A stretch of 64,000 nucleotides of DNA from Acidimicrobiia bacterium. GTDB lineage: Bacteria; Actinomycetota; Acidimicrobiia; IMCC26256; PALSA-610. A program made the translations under genes and the position numbers. The DNA is taken from assembly GCA_038239145.1 (NCBI GenBank), contig JBBSFB010000018.1, positions 6,560 through 70,559 of the forward strand, read 5' to 3'. The notes under the pieces were generated by a model. It was not told the DNA's origin, searched no databases, and worked only from the letters and a program-made list of their open reading frames with translations. The stretch's first letter is position 1; every line of letters begins with the position of its first letter. Positions 1-7,025 of this stretch are shown here, piece by piece.

Positions 1-48
1 CGGCAGGTTCTGGTCCTGTAGTTGGGGGTTCAATTCCTCCCCCCCGAG
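1..48 (+). tRNA. tRNA-Gln (anticodon CTG), 5' end cut by window edge
   Basis: Anticodon arm GCAGG-TTCTGGT-CCTGT (3-19). T-arm GGGGG-TTCAATT-CCTCC (24-40). The 3' acceptor strand CCCCCGA ends in A, consistent with the U1:A72 pair of bacterial tRNA-Gln. No encoded CCA. Confidence 0.65.
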
Positions 49-65
49 CGCAACACACGAGACCG

Positions 66-141
66 GCCCCGTTCGTCTAGAGGCCTAGGACGCCAGGTTC
101 TCATCCTGGTAACACGGGTTCGAATCCCGTACGGGGTGCCA
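66..141 (+). tRNA. tRNA-Glu (anticodon CTC)
   Basis: Full cloverleaf read by hand. Acceptor GCCCCGT/ACGGGGT, D-arm GTCTAGAGGCCTAGGAC, anticodon arm CCAGG-TTCTCAT-CCTGG, T-arm ACGGG-TTCGAAT-CCCGT, discriminator G and encoded CCA at 139-141. Confidence 0.9.
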
Positions 142-179
142 TGTGGCCCGAGCAAAAGTGCTCGGGCCACATTTCTTTT
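142..179 (+). terminator. Rho-independent terminator after the tRNA pair
   Basis: Perfect 12-bp stem TGTGGCCCGAGC / GCTCGGGCCACA (142-153 / 160-171) with a 6-nt loop, followed by TTTCTTTT. Confidence 0.8.
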
Positions 180-329
180 CCAAATTGTTTCGCGGCTCGC
201 GCGGTCACGCTGTGCGCGCATCACGCGAACTGCGTCGACACGATGCGATGCGTGTACGCGCGGCGTGCGCGTCGTCACGTGCACGTCGTCGCGCGCGTCA
301 CGACACGATGACGCGAACAGTGTCGAGCG

Positions 330-548
330 TTACTCGGTGACGCGGATCTCGTCGCCGTGAACGATCAAGGTGCACGGCATCCCGACGAGTGAAAGCGGAT
401 CGTGCGTGACAAAACTGCTGGTCACGATGTTGTACACGTCACCGCGCTCCGCACCCGTCGTGATCGTGCACTCGAGCGCGACACCGTTTTCGTGTTGCTC
501 GGCCCAGATGATGAACGCGTCGTACGTTCCGTCGCGAAGCCGCGTCAC
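330..548 (-). CDS. Small hypothetical protein (about 72 aa)
   Basis: This is the C-terminal part of track ORF 330..779: ...TRLRDGTYDAFIIWAEQHENGVALECTITTGAERGDVYNIVTSSFVTHDPLSLVGMPCTLIVHGDEIRVTE. That part looks globular, while the upstream part of the ORF is Arg-rich shadow. GTG at 548 is the first plausible start. Confidence 0.35.
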   Translation of the reverse strand: MTRLRDGTYDAFIIWAEQHENGVALECTITTGAERGDVYNIVTSSFVTHDPLSLVGMPCTLIVHGDEIRVTE

Positions 549-736
549 GCGGTCTTGCAATCGTCGACGCGTGCGCCACCGGAACAACACGGGAGCGCGT
601 GTGCGCGCATCCAGAGATGTTCGCGCGAGTCGCGCAACGAGTGGTGGATGGCACGCGCATTGCGTGGGCAATGCTTGACGTATCCGTGTGAATAAGTTCT
701 CATAACACGAAACACACGCGGTGCGTGGAGGTTTAC

Positions 737-1015
737 GTGAACAAAGGCGAGCTCGTCGACGCGATTGCGTCCGGCGCAAATCTGAGCAAGACGGATGCCG
801 AGAGTGCGCTCAACGCGTTCATCAACTCGGTGCAATCCGCGATCACTTCGGGTGAGAAGGTGACGCTCCCGGGTTTCGGGACGTTCTCTCCCGCTTTGCG
901 GAAGGCAAGAACGGGTATGGATCCGCGTACGCGGGAACCCGTGCAAATTCCCGAACGCAAGAGTGCCAAGTTTTCCGTGGGCTCGAAATTCAAAGCCCAG
1001 GTGCAAGGGTCGTAA
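737..1015 (+). CDS. hup: HU family DNA-binding protein (HU fold only, no C-terminal tail)
   Basis: VNKGELVDAIA...LPGFGTFS...ARTGMDPRTREPVQIPERKSAKFSVGSKFK is a typical HU/IHF sequence. GGAGG at 727-731 precedes GTG 737. The track ORF starts four codons earlier, at 725. Confidence 0.9.
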   Translation: MNKGELVDAIASGANLSKTDAESALNAFINSVQSAITSGEKVTLPGFGTFSPALRKARTGMDPRTREPVQIPERKSAKFSVGSKFKAQVQGS

Positions 1016-1098
1016 TCGAGTAGGGCGTGGGGTCGCACTCCCTCGCGCACCGAATGACAAGAAGTTCGAACTTCCCCGAGTGAGAGCTCTCAGGAAAG

Positions 1099-1473
1099 GT
1101 GGTGACCGTGCCTCCGGCTAAAAAGGCAACGAAGAAAAGGGCTGCCAAGAAGGCCCCGGCCAAGCGCAAGGCCGTGAAGAAGGCTCCCGCAAAGCGCAAG
1201 GCGGCCAAGAAGACCGTCAAGCGCAAGGCAGCGAAGAAGAAGGCTCCGGCGAAGCGCAAGGCAGCAGCCAAGAAGAAGGCTCCGGCCAAGCGCAAGGCGG
1301 CCAAGAAGACCGTCAAGCGCAAGGCCGCCAAGAAGGCTCCCGCAAAGCGCAAGGCCGCGAAGAAGAAGGCTCCGGCCAAGCGGAAGGCAACCAAGAAGCG
1401 CGCCGCGAAGAAGGCTCCGGCCAAGCGTGCAGTGCGTCGCACGACGCGCAAGCGCACAGCGAAGAAGAAATAA
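1099..1473 (+). CDS. Lys/Ala/Pro-rich histone H1-like repeat protein (stand-alone HupB-tail-like)
   Basis: The 124-aa ORF is made almost only of K, A, R, P, T and V in PAKRKAAKK / KKTVKRKAAKK repeats. AGGAAAGG at 1092-1099 precedes three possible GTG starts (1099, 1102, 1108). It is in a different frame from the HU gene. Confidence 0.75.
   Translation: MVTVPPAKKATKKRAAKKAPAKRKAVKKAPAKRKAAKKTVKRKAAKKKAPAKRKAAAKKKAPAKRKAAKKTVKRKAAKKAPAKRKAAKKKAPAKRKATKKRAAKKAPAKRAVRRTTRKRTAKKK
1141..1428 (+). repeat. Imperfect tandem coding repeats (aaggctccggccaagcgcaaggc-type units)
   Basis: Repeated nucleotide units encode the PAKRKAAKK modules of the Lys-rich gene. There is no spacer structure, so this is not CRISPR. 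Confidence 0.7.
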
Positions 1474-1490
1474 CTTCGCTGACGCGGTTT

Positions 1491-1525
1491 CGAAGAAGGG
1501 CCCGGGCAACCGGGTCCTTTCTTCG
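1491..1525. terminator. Hairpin between convergent genes (putative bidirectional terminator)
   Basis: CGAAGAAGGGCCCGG-gcaa-CCGGGTCCTTTCTTCG forms a stem of about 15 bp with one wobble and one bulge. It lies between stop 1473 (+) and stop 1555 (-). Confidence 0.6.
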
Positions 1526-1554
1526 CGTTCGGGGCCGGTGAGGCCGACCTCGGT

Positions 1555-2280
1555 TCAGAGGCTGTCGATGCGAGCGAATGATTCGCCGGCCCGGAGCCCG
1601 GCGCGCAGCCCCTCACTCCGTGCCGCCGCGTGCAGCTTTGCCGCAAAAGCCCGGCGCTGGTCGTCGGGCTGTTCGTCGATGGCCATGGTCGAACGCCACT
1701 GGCTTCGATGGGCGAGGAGCGCATCGATCTTGCGATCGACGAACCCGTCGACGCGCTCGACGTGGTCGACCCGGCCCGGCTCGAAGCACAGCAGCGTGCC
1801 CGGCCGGTACGCTGCGACTCCCTGATCGGGAAAGAAGTGAGTATCGCGCGCGGCGACGATTCCCGATGTCACCAGCAATCCGGCGTGGAGGTGGTCGGGG
1901 TGGATCCGGTACGGCTGCCACGGATCGTGTCCGAACACAACGTCGGGACGAGTTTGGCGGATCACCCGGCACACCGCCGCGGTCGTGGGCAACGTGCTGT
2001 CGAGCTCGCCGTCGACGTAGCGCAGGAAGACCACGTCGGTCGCGCCCAGGATCGCCGCGGCTTCGCGTTGCTCCGCTTCGCGCATCGCGATCAGCGCGTC
2101 GAGATCGGCGTCGCCGTCCCAGGTGCCTTTGGAACCATCGGTGCAGATGCACATCGTGACGTGAGTGCCGCCCGCCGCCCATTTGGCGAGCGTCGCGCCG
2201 CAGCCGAACTCAATGTCGTCGGCGTGGGCGCCGACGGCGAGAGCGCGGGCCGGGATCGGAACATCGACGGTGGTCGTCAC
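1555..2280 (-). CDS. PIG-L/LmbE family deacetylase
   Basis: AVGAHADDIEFGCGATLAKW...DGSKGTWD...HPDHLHAG carries the AHPDD-like and HxDH motifs of the family. GTG 2280 overlaps the cofC stop (GTGA). The upstream part of the 467-aa track ORF is Arg-rich shadow. Confidence 0.8.
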   Translation of the reverse strand: MTTTVDVPIPARALAVGAHADDIEFGCGATLAKWAAGGTHVTMCICTDGSKGTWDGDADLDALIAMREAEQREAAAILGATDVVFLRYVDGELDSTLPTTAAVCRVIRQTRPDVVFGHDPWQPYRIHPDHLHAGLLVTSGIVAARDTHFFPDQGVAAYRPGTLLCFEPGRVDHVERVDGFVDRKIDALLAHRSQWRSTMAIDEQPDDQRRAFAAKLHAAARSEGLRAGLRAGESFARIDSL

Positions 2281-2894
2281 GGTGTCGACGCCCGGAGGCG
2301 GGCTTCCCGGCGGAGCTCGTCGAGGGTGTCGAGGTCGGCCGCGACGTCGACGTCGAATCCCAGTGCCGGATCGTGCACGACGCGGACGGTCAGCGACCGG
2401 CGGCGCGCTTCCTCGGAGTGTCGGGCGGCGGAGTCGGGACCGTAGGCGAACGTGAACGGCGTTGCGCTCGGGAGCGACAGAACCGGCGTCCCGTCGTTGC
2501 GATGGTCGGGCACGATGACGGCAACGGAATCCGCGCCGTCGGAAACGACCGCGTCGAGCGACTTTGCGAGTGGCAGATCGGCATGGACGACTGCATACCG
2601 ATCGAGGCCGCGGGCGAAGGCCCATTCGCGTCCGGCGCCGGCCGCGGCGTCGAGGGATCCGGGGTCGTCGACCACGTGGAGAGCACGGGCGCGGGCCCAG
2701 GTGACGACTTCGGGCGCGCTCGTCACGATCGCGATCGGTCGGGACCCGGCGGCGTCCACGACACACTCTGCCATCGAGCGGGCGAGCGCTTCGCGCTCGG
2801 GTTCCGACAGCACGGAGGTCAGCCGGGCTTTGCCCAACGTGAACGACCGGAGGGGGATCACGATCCCCGCGTCGTCTCGAGGTCGACTCGGCAT
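2277..2894 (-). CDS. cofC: 2-phospho-L-lactate (phosphoenolpyruvate) guanylyltransferase, F420 biosynthesis
   Basis: IVIPLRSFTLGKARL...VVHADLPL...VIVPDHRNDGT is a CofC/FbiD-like sequence and length (205 aa). Confidence 0.8.
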   Translation of the reverse strand: MPSRPRDDAGIVIPLRSFTLGKARLTSVLSEPEREALARSMAECVVDAAGSRPIAIVTSAPEVVTWARARALHVVDDPGSLDAAAGAGREWAFARGLDRYAVVHADLPLAKSLDAVVSDGADSVAVIVPDHRNDGTPVLSLPSATPFTFAYGPDSAARHSEEARRRSLTVRVVHDPALGFDVDVAADLDTLDELRREARLRASTP

Positions 2895-2903
2895 TCGCTG
2901 CGT

Positions 2904-3620
2904 ATGCTACTGATCGTGGACGCGGTGTATCCCGCCGCGAAGGCGGTGTTCTACCCATGGTTGCGGTACGGGCTGCGGTGGACGATCGAGGGTGACTCGA
3001 ACATCCCGGTGCACGGTCCCACGATCCTTGCGAGCAACCACATCTCTTATCTCGATCCGCTGATCCTCGCCTGGGTCGCCGATCGCCGCCGGCGCCGGAT
3101 CCGCTTCCTCGCCAAAACCGAGCTCTTCCGGAACCCGGCCCTGGGTGCGCTCCTGCGCGCCGCGCACCAGATCCCCGTCGACCGCGGAACCGCGAATTCG
3201 TCGGGGGCGCTGTCGGCTGCGATCGAGGCGCTCCGAGCCGATGAGTGCGTGGCGGTCTTCCCGGAAGGAACGATCTCCGAGGACCTCGAACCGATGCGGG
3301 GCAAGTCGGGAACGGCCCGGCTCGCAGCGGCGTCCGGTGTCGCGGTCGTCCCGATCGGCCTCTGGGGAACGCACCGGCTGTTCACGAAGGGCCGCAAACC
3401 ACACCTCTCCTGGCGGATCGCGCAGGTGGCGGTGGTCGGAGAGCCGATACGCATCAGCGAGGGCGAGCGGCCGCACGACGCGACGCTGCGCATCATGGAT
3501 GCGGTGAGCGGCTGCGTCGCGCGGGCGCGAACGATCTACCCGGAGCAGCCCGCGTCCGGCACCGAGGCGTGGTGGTCGCTCGGGCCCGAAACCGTCAACA
3601 TGCACCGGAGGTCGGCATGA
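2904..3620 (+). CDS. plsC: 1-acyl-sn-glycerol-3-phosphate acyltransferase
   Basis: NHISYLDP (HX4D motif), VFPEGT and SGVAVVPIG. ATG 2904 is in frame inside track ORF 2373..3620. Confidence 0.85.
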   Translation: MLLIVDAVYPAAKAVFYPWLRYGLRWTIEGDSNIPVHGPTILASNHISYLDPLILAWVADRRRRRIRFLAKTELFRNPALGALLRAAHQIPVDRGTANSSGALSAAIEALRADECVAVFPEGTISEDLEPMRGKSGTARLAAASGVAVVPIGLWGTHRLFTKGRKPHLSWRIAQVAVVGEPIRISEGERPHDATLRIMDAVSGCVARARTIYPEQPASGTEAWWSLGPETVNMHRRSA

Positions 3621-4627
3621 CCCGCATTGCAGTGATCGGGGCCGGGTCGTGGGGCACGGCGGTCGCCGCGATCGCGGCCGGAAACGTGGCGACGACCCTG
3701 TGGGCGCGACGTCCCGAGCTCGCGGCCCACATCCGCGACGAACACGAGAATCCCGACTATCTCGCGGGTGTCGCGCTGCCGGAGCGATTGCACGCGACCG
3801 ACTCGCTCGAAGAGGCCTGCACCGGCGCCGACGTCCTGGTGCTCGGCGTTCCGTCGCACGGTCTGCGCGCGGTCCTCGGCGAGGCCCGGCCGTACGCCGG
3901 CGCACGGGTTCCCGTCGTCAGTCTGGCCAAGGGGATCGAGCAGTCGACACTCGCGCGCATGACCGAGGTTGCGTGCGAGGTGCTCGACGGTCACGACGCC
4001 GCCTGCGTGGGAGTGCTCACCGGTCCGAATCTCGCGCGTGAGGTCGCGTCGGGTCAGCCGACAGCGTCCGTCGTCGCGATGTCCGATCCGGCCGTGGCGG
4101 AAGCAATGCAGCAGCTCTTCTTCGCGCCGACGCTGCGGGTGTACACGAACCCGGACGTCATCGGTTGCGAGATGGCGGGCGCGCTCAAGAACGTGATCGC
4201 CATCGGCGCCGGCATCGCCGACGGTCTCGGTTACGGCGACAACACGAAAGCCGCGCTGATGACGCGCGGCCTGGCCGAGCTGGCCCGTCTGGGCGCAGCC
4301 ATGGGTGGCGATCCGCTCACGTTCGCTGGGCTCGCAGGTATGGGGGATCTCATTGCCACCTGCAGCAGCCCACAGAGTCGCAATCGGCACGTCGGGGTCG
4401 AGTTGGGCAAAGGTCGCGCCCTCGACGACATTATCAACGAGATGAACATGGTCGCCGAGGGTGTGAAGTCGACCACCGCGGTGCTCGAGCTCGCGGCCCG
4501 CCATGGGGTCGACATGCCGCTCGCGTCGTTCGTCCGACGGGTGCTGTACGAGGGTGCGCGTCCGGCCGACCTGGTCTCCGAGTTGATGCTGCGCAAGGCG
4601 AAACCCGAGCTGCACGGCATGCGGTGA
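3617..4627 (+). CDS. gpsA: NAD(P)H-dependent glycerol-3-phosphate dehydrogenase
   Basis: MTRIAVIGAGSWGTA..., GALKNVIAIGAGI, EGVKST. The ATGA overlap joins it to the plsC stop. Confidence 0.95.
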   Translation: MTRIAVIGAGSWGTAVAAIAAGNVATTLWARRPELAAHIRDEHENPDYLAGVALPERLHATDSLEEACTGADVLVLGVPSHGLRAVLGEARPYAGARVPVVSLAKGIEQSTLARMTEVACEVLDGHDAACVGVLTGPNLAREVASGQPTASVVAMSDPAVAEAMQQLFFAPTLRVYTNPDVIGCEMAGALKNVIAIGAGIADGLGYGDNTKAALMTRGLAELARLGAAMGGDPLTFAGLAGMGDLIATCSSPQSRNRHVGVELGKGRALDDIINEMNMVAEGVKSTTAVLELAARHGVDMPLASFVRRVLYEGARPADLVSELMLRKAKPELHGMR

Positions 4628-4628
4628 G

Positions 4629-5738
4629 GTGCCGGCGATGATCGGGATCGGCACCCTCACGACGGGGATCGCGGCCGAGGTCGACGTCGACGGCACCGTG
4701 AGACAGGGGCAGTTGCGGCTCGGTTGGCGCGTGCGGAGTGGCAACGAGTGGCTGGTGCCCGGGCGCGACGGACCAGTACGACAGTCACGACCGGGTCCCG
4801 CACCCGTCGTGCACACGGCGATGCGAATCCCGAAGGGCGACGCGATCGCGCGCGTCTACGCGGTCGGCGCCGGCGACAGGAACGTCGTGGTCGTCGAGGT
4901 CGAGAACGACTCGCCCGACGCGATCGCGATCGGCTTCGTGGTCGACGCCCCCGGTGTCGTTGCCGTCGACGTGAACGGCGTGTACGTCGACGGGCGGCAG
5001 ACGCTGGTGCCGGCGCGACGCGGGGGCGACGTGGACGACGAGCACGGTCTCGTGTTCCCCGTACCGCATCGCACCAAGGTCCGCGTCGCGATCGTCAGTT
5101 CGGCGATCGTCGGCGCGGGGATCGACGTACGCGGCCTCGCCGATCCCGACGCTGTCTCCCGGGGATGGGATCGGATGCTCGATCGCGGGCTGCGCGTCGA
5201 GTTGCCCGAGCCGCTGCGAACCGACGTCGACACCGCGCGCGCCGATCTGTTGCTCGCTCCGGCGTCGGCGGAGACGTTCGCGACGCTCGAGGCGTGGGGC
5301 TTCGACGACGATGCCATCGAGATGTGGGGTCGTCTGTCGATGCGCGCCCGAAGGGCCGCGCGCCGGGCTTCGCCGAGCGCGGGTCCGGGCCTGCTTGCCG
5401 AGACCCTCGCCGCGCTGGTCTCGGAGAACGGTACGGTGATCGACATCGTGCCGGGCTTTCGACCCGCGTGGCTCGGTCAGCACCTCGCTGCGCACCACGT
5501 GCCGTTGCGACGGGGCGTGTGCTCCTTCGCCGTCCGCTGGCACGGGGCCCGCCCCGCGCTGTTGTGGGACGTTCCTGCCGGTTCGACGGTCAGGGCGTCG
5601 AACCTCGACCCCGCCTGGTCGTCGAGCGATCCGGTCGGCGAGATGTTGCTCGCGGAGCCTTCACCAACGTTGTTGGCGATGGGGAACGCCGCCGAGCTCG
5701 CGGGCACTGTCGTCGACGCCCCGGATCAGTTCACGTGA
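4629..5738 (+). CDS. Hypothetical protein (369 aa)
   Basis: The composition looks coding and no family was recognised. It starts 1 nt after the gpsA stop, and its stop overlaps the GTG of the next gene (GTGA). Confidence 0.6.
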   Translation: MPAMIGIGTLTTGIAAEVDVDGTVRQGQLRLGWRVRSGNEWLVPGRDGPVRQSRPGPAPVVHTAMRIPKGDAIARVYAVGAGDRNVVVVEVENDSPDAIAIGFVVDAPGVVAVDVNGVYVDGRQTLVPARRGGDVDDEHGLVFPVPHRTKVRVAIVSSAIVGAGIDVRGLADPDAVSRGWDRMLDRGLRVELPEPLRTDVDTARADLLLAPASAETFATLEAWGFDDDAIEMWGRLSMRARRAARRASPSAGPGLLAETLAALVSENGTVIDIVPGFRPAWLGQHLAAHHVPLRRGVCSFAVRWHGARPALLWDVPAGSTVRASNLDPAWSSSDPVGEMLLAEPSPTLLAMGNAAELAGTVVDAPDQFT

Positions 5739-6853
5739 GCGAACACGTCGACGACCTCGTCGCAGCCGGACTCTACGACCCGGCCCGCCCCGACGCCGAC
5801 GAGCGCCTCGGGCTCTTCGTCTTCCTGCTCGACGAGATCGGCGCATCCATACCCGAGTTGGTCCAGGCCGACGAGCAGGGAGGCTTGCTGAGCTTCGCCG
5901 CGTTCCGCACGCTGCGGATCGGGCGCGACGGGATGACCTTCTCCGAAGTGGCGGAGCTCGCCGGTATCGAACCGGATGTTGCGCTCACGATGTGGCGGGG
6001 CGCCGGCTTCGCCGATCCGCGCCCGTTCGAACGTCGTTTCGGCGTGCACGACGTCGAGATGTTTCGCCTGTTCGTTCTGCTGAAGACGTTCGTGACCGAG
6101 GCGCAGGCGTTGCAACTGATGCGGACGATTGGGGAGGCCGTCGGCAGGGTCGCGGAAGCCGAGGTCGCGCTGGTGCGCTCGAACGTGGAGGCGCCGCTCG
6201 CGGAGCGGGGCCGCTACCTCGAGGTGGCGCGCACGTATCGCGCGGTCGTCGACGAAGTGGTGCCCCGCATCAGCGAAGCGATCGACACCATGCACCGACA
6301 CCACTTACAGGCGATCGGGCGGCGCTACAGCGACGTGAACGCGCCCACCTCACTGCTCAACGTCGTGCAGCTCGCGGTCGGGTTCGCCGACCTCGCCGGT
6401 TATACGGGACTGTGGCAGGAGCTCGAACCGGAACATCTTGCAGTCATGCTCGATCGGTTCGAGGCGACGACCGGCGACGTCATCACCGCCGCGGGCGCCA
6501 ACGTCGTCAAGCGCATCGGCGACGCAGTGATGTTCGTGACGAACGCACCGGGTGTTGCCTGCGCGCTCGCGGTCGATCTCCTCGCGGCGTGCGAGGCGGC
6601 CCGGTTGCCCAAGCTGCGCGTCGGCCTTGCCTTCGGCGACGTGATGGTGCGCCAGGGAGACTTCTACGGCCCGACCGTGAACCTCGCGGCCCGGCTCGTG
6701 TCTTCGGCCGAGGCCGGGACGGCCCTGACCGACTCGGGCATGCACCGGCGGCTGGCCCGGGTCCGCGTTGGCTACGCCTTCGTGGCGGCCGGGAAGTACA
6801 ACCTCGCCGGCTTCGAGGAGCCGGTCGAGGCGTACCAACTGCTGCGTCCTTGA
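5735..6853 (+). CDS. Class III adenylate/guanylate cyclase with a helical N-terminal domain of about 190 aa
   Basis: FADLAGYT, VKRIGDAVMFV and GDFYGPTVNLAARL are catalytic-core motifs. GTG 5735 is in frame in track ORF 4724..6853, whose upstream part is Arg-rich shadow. Confidence 0.85.
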   Translation: MSEHVDDLVAAGLYDPARPDADERLGLFVFLLDEIGASIPELVQADEQGGLLSFAAFRTLRIGRDGMTFSEVAELAGIEPDVALTMWRGAGFADPRPFERRFGVHDVEMFRLFVLLKTFVTEAQALQLMRTIGEAVGRVAEAEVALVRSNVEAPLAERGRYLEVARTYRAVVDEVVPRISEAIDTMHRHHLQAIGRRYSDVNAPTSLLNVVQLAVGFADLAGYTGLWQELEPEHLAVMLDRFEATTGDVITAAGANVVKRIGDAVMFVTNAPGVACALAVDLLAACEAARLPKLRVGLAFGDVMVRQGDFYGPTVNLAARLVSSAEAGTALTDSGMHRRLARVRVGYAFVAAGKYNLAGFEEPVEAYQLLRP

Positions 6854-6933
6854 CGTCTCTCACCGTTGGGGAGACGCGGCCTCACCCGTTCGGGGGGAGA
6901 TTGGGATTTTTGGTACTGAATGCGGAGCGTGAC

Positions 6934-6983
6934 CGATTCGTCACGCTAAGGTGTCGAGATCGTCACCCGCGAGTGACGAATCG
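6934..6983. repeat. 11-bp inverted repeat CGATTCGTCAC ... GTGACGAATCG upstream of the protease gene
   Basis: The arms lie at 6934-6944 and 6973-6983. There is also a local 7-bp hairpin GCGTGAC-cgattc-GTCACGC at 6927-6946, and a GTCAC/GTGAC core recurs four times. Confidence 0.5.
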
Positions 6984-7025
6984 CATACCGCGAGCCGAAG
7001 CCGATGACCTCCGAAGGGACTTCCT

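Noticed and set aside
180-330. A region just downstream of the tRNA-Gln/tRNA-Glu pair with reiterated CGACACGATG / ACGCGAAC motifs. I considered it as a possible integration scar (att site) of a mobile element.
   Set aside because: There is no integrase, no duplicated tRNA 3' end, and no change in gene content or composition nearby. The motifs are short and imperfect.
675-710. A possible HU promoter: TTGACG at 675-680 with an AT-rich stretch at 690-710.
   Set aside because: No -10 hexamer lies at acceptable spacing. TAAGTT is 12 nt away, TCTCAT is 17 nt away but a poor match, and CATAAC is 20 nt away. I could not support a specific call.
1141-1428. A regular nucleotide repeat array that could superficially be taken for CRISPR or a satellite.
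   Set aside because: The repeats are contiguous with no unique spacers, lie entirely within an ORF, and translate to PAKRKAAKK modules. They are coding repeats of a histone-like protein. The antisense ORFs 990..1724 and 1090..1509 are their shadows.
4724-5734. Long N-terminal extensions of real genes in the ORF track. Examples are the cyclase listed as 709 aa, the CoA transferase as 663 aa, the ABC ATPase as 633 aa and the deacetylase as 467 aa.
   Set aside because: The extensions are Arg-rich and overlap other well-supported genes in different frames. In-frame starts with 4-nt overlaps or Shine-Dalgarno sequences give family-typical protein lengths.
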